Source of the DNA: an uncultured Methanosarcinaceae archaeon
Lineage (GTDB): Archaea > Halobacteriota > Methanosarcinia > Methanosarcinales > Methanosarcinaceae
DNA: 64,000 nt
Assembly: GCA_963733675.1 (NCBI GenBank)
Contig: CAVTET010000001.1
Span: 224,001-288,000 of the forward strand
Direction of reading: 5' to 3'
Shown here: positions 35,481 through 47,029 of the stretch, piece after piece
Position numbering within the stretch: the stretch's first letter is position 1
Layout of the letters: each line of letters begins with the position of its first letter
The notes under the pieces: generated by a model
The model's database searches: none
What the model saw: the letters and a program-made list of their open reading frames with translations, nothing else
Told to the model about the DNA's origin: nothing
Position numbers and translations under genes: made by a program

Positions 35481-37367
35481 TCAGAGTTTTCTTCTAACAA
35501 CAAAATACCCTGCTAGGATCAGAGGCAAGGATATTGTCATTAATATTTTGGCTACCTCTCTTGCTTGTTTTGCTCTATTATTATTCGAACTTCCGTTTAT
35601 TGCTACCTCTCCTGTCCTTCCCAGACTTCCTAGAGTATCCTTTAATTTTGATTCAGCCTGAGCTCCATTTTTTGTTAGTTCTCCTGGATATTCAGTTATT
35701 GCAAAGTAGGAAAATCCAGGCGTTTTAGATCTAAAATATATATAATCATTATCTTCTTCGACTTTTTCAGTGTATAGAGGTTCCCAACTTTTATTATATC
35801 GCTGGAGGACTAACATGGATTCTCTGACATTTTTATCGTGAATCCACGCTTTCTCAACTCTGAATCCTATTAACCCATTTTTCAGGGATGTAGAAAGTTC
35901 TCCCCCTTTATCCTCTATCCGTATATTTACCTGTTTATATATTCTCCCGAGAGGAAGCTTTGGAATAAAAACAGACTTGTTCTTGAGTTCTTCAACAGTG
36001 ATTGTTGCCTTAAGAAATGTTCTTTCTGCATCATATTCGATAAATAAAATGCATGTACTGTTTCCAGGGAAGTCATAAATTATATGATTACCGCTTATGA
36101 CATTCTTGGTGGCTAATTCCTTGAAAGCAACATTGACTTCTGGCTCTCTGGAAAAAAGGCTCATCCCTGAACTGCTAGAGTAACTGGAACTCCCATCTCC
36201 ATGGCTCGAATTTAAGATACTTATATTTGCAATATTTGAATTTGCAGTATGTGAATCCCCTATATTTGAATTTAAAGTGCTTGAATTTGCAGTACTCAAA
36301 TTATCGGTTCCTGAATTTCCGGTATTTGAATTTAAGATAATTGAATCCATTTTACTTGAATTTGTAGTATGTGAGTTTCCAATGCTCGAATTTTCAGTAT
36401 TTGAATTTGAAATATTAAAATCCATATTATTCGAATTCTCTGTATGTAAGTTTTTGATACTTGAATTTAGAGTATTTGAATTATCGATCCTTGAATTTTC
36501 GGTATTTGAATCTAAGATATTTGAATAACCTTTAATTGAATTCGCAGTTTGTGAGTTTCCAATACTTGAATTTTCAGTATTTGAATTTACATTAATTGAA
36601 TTTATAGTACTAGAATTAACAATACCTGAATGTATATTATTTGAGTTTCTGATATTTAGATCTCTAGCATTCAGATTATCTGTTCTTAGATCATTAGTAT
36701 TTAAATTAAAAATATTTGAATCCCGATTTCTTGAATTCTTAGTATTTAGATCTAAATTAGTTGGATTCCCAATATATGAATTCCCAGCATTTGAATTTTT
36801 GTTGTCCAAATATCTCTCTTTTGGGTATTCCCTATCCAAATAACCTTTGTCTGAATCCTTTCTGTCTGGATACCCTCTGTCTGGATATCCTCTGTCTGGA
36901 TACCCTCTGTCTGGATACCCTCTGTCTGGATACCCTCTGTCTGGATACCCTCTGTCTGGATACCCTCTGTCTGAATTCCCTCTGTCTGAATCCCCTCTGT
37001 CTGAATTCCCTCTGTCTGAATCCCCTCTGTCTGAACCCCCTCTGTCTGAATGCTCTCTGTCTGGATGCCCTCTGTTTGGATACCCTCTGTCTGGGTGCCC
37101 TCTGTCTGAATCCCCTCTGTCTAAATACCTATTGTCTGAATACCCATTGTCTGGGTATACTCTGCCTGAATACCCGTTGTCTGAATATACTCTGCCTGAA
37201 TACCCGTTGTCTGAATATACTCTGCCTGAAAATCCTCCGTATCTCAACTGTCCATCTAAAGCATATACAGTGCCTGTTATTATTCCAAGAGTCAGTAGTA
37301 CTGTTATTAATACACAGATTATAGAGTTGAGAAAATTTGCTTTCATTTTCATTAGCCTCCGACCCAA
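35481..37367 (-). CDS. Surface protein with signal peptide, DRGYP/Asn-Ser repeats, PGF-pre-PGF-like domain and C-terminal TM anchor
   Basis: Hydrophobic N-terminus, 15-bp repeats, VEELKNKS, FRVEKAWI, TPGFSYFAIT and a hydrophobic tail ending RRKL. Confidence 0.85.
   Translation of the reverse strand: MGRRLMKMKANFLNSIICVLITVLLTLGIITGTVYALDGQLRYGGFSGRVYSDNGYSGRVYSDNGYSGRVYPDNGYSDNRYLDRGDSDRGHPDRGYPNRGHPDREHSDRGGSDRGDSDRGNSDRGDSDRGNSDRGYPDRGYPDRGYPDRGYPDRGYPDRGYPDRGYPDRKDSDKGYLDREYPKERYLDNKNSNAGNSYIGNPTNLDLNTKNSRNRDSNIFNLNTNDLRTDNLNARDLNIRNSNNIHSGIVNSSTINSINVNSNTENSSIGNSQTANSIKGYSNILDSNTENSRIDNSNTLNSSIKNLHTENSNNMDFNISNSNTENSSIGNSHTTNSSKMDSIILNSNTGNSGTDNLSTANSSTLNSNIGDSHTANSNIANISILNSSHGDGSSSYSSSSGMSLFSREPEVNVAFKELATKNVISGNHIIYDFPGNSTCILFIEYDAERTFLKATITVEELKNKSVFIPKLPLGRIYKQVNIRIEDKGGELSTSLKNGLIGFRVEKAWIHDKNVRESMLVLQRYNKSWEPLYTEKVEEDNDYIYFRSKTPGFSYFAITEYPGELTKNGAQAESKLKDTLGSLGRTGEVAINGSSNNNRAKQAREVAKILMTISLPLILAGYFVVRRKL
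36845..37230. repeat. 15-bp tandem repeat (TACCCTCTGTCTGGA variants)
   Basis: About 25 units visible, with a near-perfect block at 36856-36975. Confidence 0.95.
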
Positions 37368-37407
37368 AGTTCGTAAACAAAACCTTTTAAGATATAAATA
37401 ATAACTT

Positions 37408-37660
37408 AGGACTTACGTACTTGAAGTACAAAGTCAAGCTCATTGGACCTTGTGATCAACTTTAATTGTGGACAATTAATGGTTTAATGTCATCGGATTC
37501 TCAGATCAACCTTTTAGATCTCTAATTGACAAGCAATCAAATATACGACTTACGAGCTTGAAATACAAAATCAAGTATATAAATTCTGCAGTTCAAAATC
37601 ATATTTCAGACAATTTAACGGATTAATGACATTGATTTCGAAGTCAAAGTGTGTTGGTTT
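37408..37660 (+). repeat. Two degenerate tandem units of about 137 bp starting GACTTACG (probable MITE relics)
   Basis: AGGACTTACGTACTTGAAGTACAAAGTCAAG versus ACGACTTACGAGCTTGAAATACAAAATCAAG; similar starts at about 52375 and 54469. Confidence 0.5.
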
Positions 37661-37889
37661 TAAATAGATGGCGACCAAGAGAATATTACCCTAGGAAATT
37701 GATTCAAAAGTGGGATGATTTAATATAATTAGGGCTTTTGCAGTCGCGGGTTCTAAATATTTGTTCCTAAACTTCTTCAATATGATTATAAATTTAAAGA
37801 GATATTGATAAATCTCTTATTTCTTACGAATAATTTTAAAACATTTTATGAGCTTATGGCTAAATTTAGAGATTTATCAAAATATTCTG

Positions 37890-39243
37890 GAGTTGTATCT
37901 TGGTGGCTCATATATGCCTTTTCGATCACTGTATGAGTATTGGATTACTATCATAATCAATAAAGCCCGTTTCTGATTTTGTTATAACTTCATCCTCAGA
38001 AAAGCTCCCACTTAGAACATTGTATCTGCTCTATGGGACTCTTTTAGTCTAAACTGATACTTTCCAAAACCCAAGATTGTTTTATTCCCCTCTGATATTT
38101 GTCAATTTTTCAGGGTTTTTTAACCAGATCTTTACCCTGTGATTCCTTCCTATCCAACACGTCTGTAACCCATTATTGGTTGTCTTCGTTATTTGAAATA
38201 TCCTAAATACTTTCACAAATCCATATACTTTCAGATAAACCACAATTTTTTTATGAAAGGGATTTAAGATGTTTAGACCAGCCTATTTTTTGTCTTATCC
38301 GGATTCACCAAAATGTTTGATTTCAACTTTGTCAAAAATACCATTTTTTTATCCCTGAAGCTTTGATTTCCTTAATCTTGCATACACTCATCAAAAAGAA
38401 TGAATTTCGGTTTAAATCCACATTTTTTGGTTTCATCAAGCATATCAAGAAAACTATCATTCTTGGTTTTATTGCCTTTAACGATATCATATACTAAAAT
38501 GAAAAGATAGTGAAGTATTTTATGTAAAATCACAACTCTCAGAGAATTTCGATAAACGCCAATTTTTGGCTGGTTGCTTGCAAAAGATATATATATAATT
38601 TTATATATAAGTAAGTTGTTAAAATATGTGGTTTATCTTAATTTTACTCAAAAATTGTTGAGAAAGTAAATTTCACATCTGAAGAACCAAATTATACATA
38701 ATACACAAAAATTTGATTTTGAATTTACAGCAGTCTGCGACACTGCCAAAATAACCTCTAATATAAGTTAATCAACTAGCTAAATCAAGGTAATCAAAAC
38801 AACTCCATCAACAATAGGACGATATTTTCCATTCCACAGATCCAGAATAAAATTTATCCTTTCAGAATAAAGTTTATCCAATATTGTGTTGTCGACTATC
38901 ATACGACCTTCTTTAAGAGTAACGAATTCCGTTATTTTAGATCACAAATATCTCGCAGTTGAGAGTTGCTTTCAAATGAGATGGATCCATCTGAAAATCA
39001 TTGATTATAAAAGGATAGTGGCATTCAGCTTCATTTCAGCCAAAAACGATAAATTCAGCAACAATAAAATTAATTTTATTAGGTCTTATGTTGTAGTAGG
39101 GTTATATCACTACTCCAACCATTATATTAACTATTTGCAAATAAATATATTTTAGAATTTTTTGATAAATCTCTGATTTTTATGAGCCATTTTATATACT
39201 ATTTATGTGGCTATGAAGAAACTTAGGAGTTTATCGAAATCCT
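37890..39243 (-). mobile_element. IS701-family transposase remnant
   Basis: Minus-strand fragments EGRMIVDNTILDKLYS, LWNGKYRP, KTKNDSFLDML and GFKPKFILFD; terminal TTTATCGAAATCCT. Confidence 0.65.
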
Positions 39244-39814
39244 ATACAAGATCTATCGTTTGATGGCACTGGAAATAAAAAGAGTATTTTAGAAATAGAG
39301 GAAGCTATCTTTCGAATAGTGAAATAATAAACGATATAGAAAATTTCACGATTCAGCTTGAACAAAACAGTTCCAATAGCCATCTTTGCAGGGATGCATC
39401 AAAATCGATTATCATCTAATGAATTTTGAGTAGACTAACTAGTTGCTAAAAAATCAGGTGAAAATACAACCATTAGCGGGTAAGATTTGGCCAGAATTCC
39501 ACAAAAAGCACTCAAGGTACATAGGAATCTTCACACTTGTTTTTACAAATGTAAATCGTTTATGAGATAAATATAATTACAAAAACTGCAAGGAAAAATA
39601 AAGAATTTTTAAGACATCTCTTGGATAATAAAAACTCTAAGTAAAATATCTTTCATTTGGAACCAGAAAGGAAAATCTATTCCAAAAGATACAACTATTT
39701 TACCCTTTTGAAAGCTGATTCGTATAGAACAAGGTTGTACCACCCAAAACTTATATAAATGATGATGTGTCTATGCAGTTGTACTTTGGTGTAATAAATG
39801 AAACATAACAAAAC

Positions 39815-39888
39815 GGGCTCGTGGTCTAGACGGTTATGACGTCGCCTTGACATGGCGGAGGTCCTGAGTTCGAATCTCAGCGGGCCCA
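39815..39888 (+). tRNA. tRNA-Val(GAC)
   Basis: Acceptor GGGCTCG/CGGGCCC; anticodon loop TTGACAT. Confidence 0.95.
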
Positions 39889-39973
39889 CTGAAACGTTTG
39901 AATGTTTTAAATAAAATTAGAGAGCATTATCTTTTTAAGTAATCTAAAATAGGTATATTTAAAGTCTCTGTTT

Positions 39974-40048
39974 GCCCAGGTAGCTCAGTGGGAGAGCGCT
40001 GCCCTGAAGAGGCAGTTGTCCCCGGTTCGAATCCGGGTCTGGGCACCA
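39974..40048 (+). tRNA. tRNA-Phe(GAA)
   Basis: Acceptor GCCCAGG/TCTGGGC, anticodon arm CTGCC-CTGAAGA-GGCAG and encoded CCA. Confidence 0.95.
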
Positions 40049-40052
40049 CCTC

Positions 40053-40124
40053 ACATCAGTAGTGTAGCGGTCATCACCGGGCGTTGCCAACGCTCGAACC
40101 CGGGTTCGAATCCCGGCTGATGTA
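40053..40124 (+). tRNA. tRNA-Gly(GCC)
   Basis: Acceptor ACATCAG/CTGATGT; anticodon arm GGGCG-TTGCCAA-CGCTC. Confidence 0.93.
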
Positions 40125-40536
40125 TCAAAAAAGGTTATTTACAGACTTTTTATTATTTATTTTTCCAAACATTTCTTCAAAATTTATGCATTTATGAACA
40201 GATATTTATATATGCCATTGCGTTCACTACAACTACTTTACATCTAAAATATATACTCAAGTTTCATTTTATGTTCCAACATTTGCTTTTTTTCCGTTAA
40301 CTTTTTAAACTGGATCGTGCACATCGTTAACATTTATTTTTTATTTAATTTTTAACTAATGGTGATTAGGCAGCTGTAAATCCAAATTTGTTAACCAGCC
40401 TATCGTTAACCAAAAATTAATTAAAACATTAAATCATCTTATTAGTTGGTCATATATCTCGAAGAGCCAAAAAGTCTGATTGAAGAGATCTATACCAACT
40501 ATGTTGCAGACCTGAAAAGTCATAGGAGAGCTAAAA

Positions 40537-40665
40537 ATGTCCGGAAAGTTCCAGAAACGAGATGCAGAGCGGAAAGGTATTAGAAAAGAATATGAACTGG
40601 AGCAGAAGTTAATAAAAGAAATCGTAGATGAAATTCAGGTAAGCGGCGGTGGATCCATTAAGTGA
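40537..40665 (+). CDS. Putative 42-aa small protein (below the ORF-track cutoff)
   Basis: AGGAGA RBS, ATG start, and a GTGA overlap with the next gene. Confidence 0.6.
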   Translation: MSGKFQKRDAERKGIRKEYELEQKLIKEIVDEIQVSGGGSIK

Positions 40666-40874
40666 GTAAAGAGGTACACATAAAAATCCAGGCTGGAGAT
40701 ATTTCAGAGCAGACTTTAGAAATTGCTGAGAATACTACCTACGAAGATCTGCTCGATCGATTGAAAATAAATCAGGAAACTGTACTTGTGTTAAGTGGAG
40801 GTAATGCAGTTCCCCTTGATGGAACAATAAGTTCCAAAGAGATTACAATCCTGAAAGTTGTAACTGGAGGGTGA
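40662..40874 (+). CDS. ThiS/MoaD-like SAMP ubiquitin-like protein
   Basis: Beta-grasp size and pattern; C-terminal VTGG. Confidence 0.85.
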   Translation: MSKEVHIKIQAGDISEQTLEIAENTTYEDLLDRLKINQETVLVLSGGNAVPLDGTISSKEITILKVVTGG

Positions 40875-41451
40875 TTTGCTTAAAAAAGTGTTTGCCATCA
40901 TTAATTATAACTTTTTTTCAATTGTAACTTTTTTCACTTGTCTATTGTTATTGTAAGTTTTCTCGTTTACCGACAAGTTTTAGAACTTTTTTCACAGTTT
41001 ATAGCATTTGCCTAGTTTTTTATGGAATATAATTGTGGTCTTCATTGTGATATCCTTTACTAACTTTGCCCCAGTCAAGTGGACTAAATTGTAAGCAATT
41101 ATTTTTGTCGTTTATTTATATCCGGATGATGTTTAAAAAAATACAAATGTCCGTAAATTCCCTGATTTCCACTTTGAATACATAATTCAATATTCTCGAT
41201 AAGTGCATTTTTAAATTTAATCTTTTTCATCCTTATGAGGTGATATAATCTTAGCTATAAAATATTTTAAGACTTAGATATTCTCGATTGATAAAAATAC
41301 AAAAATAGATATTGAAATTATCACAATTATGGCAAAAGAGAATGGTGAGAGCCCTTGAGAAAGTTCTCGCCACATACTTTTATGTTGAATGAGATCTAAA
41401 ATATCAGAGAAAAAAGCTCAAAAAATAACCCGCTAGTATATTACCTTGAGA

Positions 41452-42678
41452 TCATCTTTTATATACCTTTTCAAAAGGATAGGGCAATTTTGCCTCTGCA
41501 GGAATTCTATCAACGAGTTCCATAAACTCGGGGTCACGCATCGGGGTCACATTTTTTTGACTCTGGAAATAGGGATAATTTCTGATTTTCTGCCAGATTT
41601 CTTTCAAGGATTCTTCTTTTACATTCCCAAAACTGAAAGGAATATACGGACTGGGCGTTACGTCTCCATATGCTGTAATATGCATCCAACGCCTTCCTGC
41701 CATAGCACCCAACATTTGTCCTTCAAAATAAGTGTTTGAAAACATTCGAAGGCCTTCACGACTGGAATTTATCCTGTGGTACATCTTTAATATATACTTA
41801 CGGTTCTCTTCAGTAAGTACAGGTTCTGCCCTGGTTTTTGGCATTGCTTCCCAGACTGAGAATTCATGCACACCCAATTCCGATGCAAGGTCATATAGAG
41901 CAGGAAGTTCATGTATGTTTGAAGGAGATACATGAGTTGTCATTACGACCATTAGTCCTGCTTCAAGTGCCATTTTTATGGCAGATGTTGCTCTTTCAAA
42001 CGCTCCTTCAGACTTCCGTATTACATCGTGTTTTTGAGGATTAGTTGAGTAAATGGCCACCATAATAGAATGAAGCTCTTCTTCTTTCAAACGGCAGGCA
42101 ATTTCTCTTGAAAAATCAGTACCCCATGTGGAACAGTTCACTATAGCATTTTTTTTATCCACATACTTGATGAATTCAAATACCTCTGCCCGTAGTAGAG
42201 GATCATTCTCTGTAAAGGTAATAATGAAAGTACCAAGTTCGAGAGCTTCGTTAATTATTCTTTTAATAGTACCTTTATCCATTTCCTCTGAGACCGTTTC
42301 AGGCGGATATCTAGAACTATTCTGGCATGTGAGTTCAATTGATATCGTTTCTGGGATGTATTTCCCTAGGGCTATTTGCATTTCTGCAAGAATGAGACGT
42401 TTGAACACAGAGCTCGGTATTGGTGGAAGCCAAGCCGAGGCAATTACTCTGTCTTCCTGTACAAGGGCTAGTTTTTCCTTTTGCAGGCGAGAATTAATCT
42501 TCTTCAGGATAGGGTTGCAAACTCCTTTCAGAGTTCCTGTTGCTGTAAGTTCCAGGGTATTTCTAACATGCTGGAGGTTTACAGATAGTCCTGGAAAGGA
42601 GATAATTTCTAAATTTTTTTCATCTACTAGAGGACTCCTCAATGGGAAGTCTGAGATATTCTTTTTCGCAGAAGTCAT
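41452..42678 (-). CDS. Radical SAM/SPASM-fold protein lacking Cys motifs
   Basis: Layout PETISIELT, FTENDPLLR, HDVIRKSEGAF and MHITAYGDVTPSPYIPFSFGNV; no CxxxCxxC. Confidence 0.8.
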   Translation of the reverse strand: MTSAKKNISDFPLRSPLVDEKNLEIISFPGLSVNLQHVRNTLELTATGTLKGVCNPILKKINSRLQKEKLALVQEDRVIASAWLPPIPSSVFKRLILAEMQIALGKYIPETISIELTCQNSSRYPPETVSEEMDKGTIKRIINEALELGTFIITFTENDPLLRAEVFEFIKYVDKKNAIVNCSTWGTDFSREIACRLKEEELHSIMVAIYSTNPQKHDVIRKSEGAFERATSAIKMALEAGLMVVMTTHVSPSNIHELPALYDLASELGVHEFSVWEAMPKTRAEPVLTEENRKYILKMYHRINSSREGLRMFSNTYFEGQMLGAMAGRRWMHITAYGDVTPSPYIPFSFGNVKEESLKEIWQKIRNYPYFQSQKNVTPMRDPEFMELVDRIPAEAKLPYPFEKVYKR

Positions 42679-42922
42679 TTTTTTCTCCCAGATTCCTGAT
42701 TTAACTGCTGAATATCCATAATAGCCTTTTATTTCCTAGTTGAACTCCAGAAGATCTCTAATTAAAAATCAGCTGAACATTATTTTAGAACTTCAAAAAT
42801 AGGCAATGTATGGTATGAGAGTCTGGAGCCTGAGAATAAAGACTTAAACTATCCAGGCACGAGAAATGAATACAAAAGTAGTCGTCCTGGATTTCCTTAG
42901 TCATGTTTAAAAAGCTTAAACC

Positions 42923-43531
42923 TCAAACTTTTTCTGAAAAGGCAAGATTTCCACTAATCTTCTTTATTTTTACCTTGACGACGTCGCCTTTTGCGGCCCC
43001 CGGCACAAAAACAGTGTATTTATCTATTTTTGCTATCCCATCACCTTTGGATCCCACTGCATCAATCCGAAGTTCATAGATTCCACCTTCTTCGATAGCA
43101 TCCCTGACAACCACGTTGCTGACCTTTCTCTTTTTGACAGGTCTGTGAGCTCCGCAAGCAGAACATTTCAAGATAAGTACCCTTTCCACCCTAACAAGCT
43201 GAGTATCGGGGCGTTCGCATTCTGAGCACATGACATACTCGTCAACATAAGCATGTATGTTATCAGTAATTTGAGCTCTCGTGAACCTTCCCTGGAAGAC
43301 TGCACGTGTGCCTTCTATCTTACCTGCAGTCCCGAGCTCCCTGGTGAGATATTTCATCAGGTGATCAATGTCACGGTTAAGGATATCTGCAATATTTCCA
43401 AAGTTATCCAGAATTGTGGTCTTGCCTTCAGAAAATACTCTGGGCTCAGGGATTACGAATCGAGCATCTGTAGTCTCAATATCAGGCATTTTTGCAATTG
43501 CACGGTTCAAAAGCTCTTCGTAATCGTACAT
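42923..43531 (-). CDS. eif2b: Translation initiation factor 2 beta with C-terminal TRAM domain
   Basis: [16 protein letters not shown] and CSACGA zinc ribbon; TRAM motif GSKGDGIAK. Confidence 0.95.
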   Translation of the reverse strand: MYDYEELLNRAIAKMPDIETTDARFVIPEPRVFSEGKTTILDNFGNIADILNRDIDHLMKYLTRELGTAGKIEGTRAVFQGRFTRAQITDNIHAYVDEYVMCSECERPDTQLVRVERVLILKCSACGAHRPVKKRKVSNVVVRDAIEEGGIYELRIDAVGSKGDGIAKIDKYTVFVPGAAKGDVVKVKIKKISGNLAFSEKV

Positions 43532-43566
43532 TAATATTCTCCTTTCGATGTTAACAGTTTAACTGG

Positions 43567-44121
<555 letters not shown>

Positions 44122-45245
44122 TCAAAATCTATTGTAACGGATTTGCTTCAATATATAAATATTCGTATCCAGTTTGCAAACAGCCGTTTTGCAAACCATT
44201 TCGTATTAAACATGGGTATATAAAGATACCTACCTATATTTACATTTATCTGCAAATTGGCTATGAAGAACTTTAGCATGAAAATTATGTGTTTCCGTTT
44301 CTTTGAAGATGATTCAGGACTTGAAATTTGTAACCCCGAAGTTTAGATATTCGGAGCCTAGGTGCCTTATCACTTAGTTGTTTATAGTTTTGTCGATAGT
44401 TCAGTATTTCCGAATTTCGTGAATTCCAAAACCATTTTTAAAATCATAAGAAAATAAAAAAGGGAATTTCCAGCCTTAGCAAAGCAATATCTTTAGCAAT
44501 CTTTACTGAAATTTACTTAGCAATGTAGGTGGCCTGATCTCATTTAACTGTCGGCTATTGATAATCTTTTATTTATCAATTTGTTCGTGTTTAGAAGTGT
44601 CTATTGAATCAAAATATATATCTTCAACTGTTTTGTTTAGGCTGAATAATCTCAAAAAAGGTTATTGAAGTTAATTGAATCGTTGATTATGTAAAAGAAA
44701 AATGATTCCACTTATGATATTGGCACAACCAGTTTACTGTCCGTATGCTATAAATCATGTAGCATAGTAGATCTACTAATTTCACCTGACGAAGCAAACT
44801 ATAGTTATCAAGACGTTTTAATATTTTGTCTAATTTTAATACAAATAGTCATAATGGATTAGTTAATTACTGAAGAAGACGATTTGTCATTTTAATAAAT
44901 AAAAAAGTTTGATTTTATTTGTACTTTTATGACTTAAAATTTTTTATAAATTATTTGGAGATGAAGGGTTGAAGCTTCAATGAAGGCACAAAGTCAAAGA
45001 CTTGACAAATTTTTAAAATCACACTTTTGAATAATCTAATCGTTTTCAGAAAAACGATAATTATAAGAATTGAGAAAATTTACAATTATATGATAAAAAA
45101 TGGTTAAAAGTTGAAAATTTAGACTTGAATCAAATTATTATAATCCTAAAAGTAAAAATTAACACTTCGAAATTAGAATTATAATTAATTCGTGAGTTTA
45201 CCATCAGAGAAGGAAATCGGATTGATAACCCAGCTTGATAATTGT

Positions 45246-45863
45246 TTAAAATAGAATTTCCCATAGAGGATACCACTTTTCTATATTTGTTTCAATAGAC
45301 AATTCTCTTTCCATGTCTGCTCTGAGCCTGAATTCGAAAGGACTGTTCCTTTGCTTGTCTGATAGAGGAATAAAAGGGTAGTAATTTCCTTGCTTGAAGT
45401 TATATATCCAGTATACTGATTTTAGTCTGTTGGTTTTTTCTTCACTATAAGCAGTCAAACCTACAGATTCGCTGTCAAATCTGGAAATGATACATAGGGT
45501 ATGTTCTCCAAGTCCATGCTCTTCGAGAGTCTGGCTTACAAGGTAAATATTTGTAACAATTTCTTCAAAGTCCGAATCTTTAAAAATAACCCAGAGGAAG
45601 TTATAATTATCCTTTTCAATTTTGAATTTTGTCTCTTTATCCTTCGAGCTATATTCTAGGAGCTCCTGAATTTCTTTTCTAGTTGATTCGTAGGCTGAGG
45701 TACCTATTGGCTTAAAACAGATACCTGCATATTCTGATGGTTTCAAGCCTAAATTGCTTTCTAAGGTAATGGAAACTGTGGAAATCTTAACCAGCTTGTC
45801 GCTCTTTGCTTTAGGAAGTCTACTCCTCCCAAGAACTGCACCCATAAAATCCAGGAAACCCAT
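45246..45863 (-). CDS. PspA-associated protein PspAB-like
   Basis: MGFLD..LGRS, YWIYNFKQGNYYPF and WYPLW; lies downstream of htpX as is typical for this family. Confidence 0.7.
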   Translation of the reverse strand: MGFLDFMGAVLGRSRLPKAKSDKLVKISTVSITLESNLGLKPSEYAGICFKPIGTSAYESTRKEIQELLEYSSKDKETKFKIEKDNYNFLWVIFKDSDFEEIVTNIYLVSQTLEEHGLGEHTLCIISRFDSESVGLTAYSEEKTNRLKSVYWIYNFKQGNYYPFIPLSDKQRNSPFEFRLRADMERELSIETNIEKWYPLWEILF

Positions 45864-46076
45864 TTAACTTATCTCCTTAATTCTTGAGACTTTAAATCTT
45901 CTGTATCACCAAAATCTACCATTGATTTCATTAGGAATTGATTACAATTAATCAAAAACTCACAAAAGAATAAAAAATATATGATTTCTCTACTTGAAAA
46001 TGTCAATTTAACGTGTTAACACAACTTATCTGCTCAAATTATTTATTTAACATGTATGCTTAACTTATACTCTTAT

Positions 46077-46954
46077 TTAATACAGTTCCCTTTGCATATG
46101 TTCAAGTTTTTCTGTCCTTTTTTCCACAGATGGGTGAGTGAAAAATAGATTCCTAATCGAAGAACCTGAGATTGCAGGAATGATTAAAAAGAAATTCATC
46201 CCTTCCATCTGTCTTAGATCTTCATCAGGGACCTTGTCCATGAGCCCACTTATTCTCATGAGAGCCGATGCAAGATCCCAAGGATGTCCGGTAATGATGG
46301 CTGAGCCTCTGCCTGCAGAATATTCCCTGTAGCGGGAAAGAGCGCGAACCAGTAGAAAACTGATGATCCAAACTGCAATAGAGACCAGCCAGACAAGCAC
46401 AAAATTTCTCCCTTCACGCCGCCTATCTCCTCCAATGTTGAAGTAAAGACTATAGCGGACAAAGTAAAAAGCTACTGTTGAAATAAAACTGGCAATAGTC
46501 ATGACAGCCATATCTCTGTTCTTAACGTGGCTTAGATCGTGAGCAAGTACAGCCTCAAGTTCAGCTGGAGAGAGTTTATTTAGAATTCCTGTTGTAACTG
46601 CTATAAATGCTTTATTCGGGCTCCAGCCTGTTGCGAAAGCATCTGGGATTCAGTCCTGACAATTGCAATCTGAGGTTTCGGTAAGTCAGCGAGTGCACAA
46701 AGCCTTGTGATCATTCCATGAAGCTATGCCTCGATTTCAGAGACTACCTGTGCTCCAGTTGTCCATAGCACCATTTTATCAGAATAGAAATATTGAACAC
46801 CCATAAAAAGACCAGTAAATATAATCATAAAAATTGAAGAAGTTCCATAGGACGAAAGGACTGCAAGGAAAAATAGGTAAACTACTACCAGAAGAAATAT
46901 TGTGAAAAACATCCGTCTCTGGAGTCCTAAGTCTCGTTCCCACTTTCTTTTCAT
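46077..46954 (-). pseudogene. htpX: HtpX zinc metalloprotease pseudogene
   Basis: YFYSDK, AFATG, LSRYRE and THPS motifs; TAG at 46724, frameshift near 46650, and HExxH changed to HDLSH. Confidence 0.9.
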
Positions 46955-47029
46955 ATGTTATTTCGCCTGTCCAGATAGTTAATGTAGTTAATTCCAGCTT
47001 AAACAATAATCAAGCTGGGTTAAATGATA

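Larger units (their letters stand above)
45226..47022. repeat. 24-bp inverted repeat pair (45226-45249 and 46999-47022)
   Basis: TAACCCAGCTTGATAATTGTTTAA versus TTAAACAATAATCAAGCTGGGTTA, one mismatch. Confidence 0.85.

Noticed and set aside
36845-37230. Possible CRISPR array (also 15650-16777 and 47147-47197)
   Set aside because: Tandem repeats without unique spacers, and no cas genes in the window.
36277-37401. Antisense ORFs with (LCLDT)n and (SGYPL)n repeats
   Set aside because: Stop-free shadows of the 15-bp coding repeat.
46724-46726. Pyrrolysine read-through in htpX
   Set aside because: A frameshift and loss of the catalytic Glu follow, so read-through cannot rescue it.
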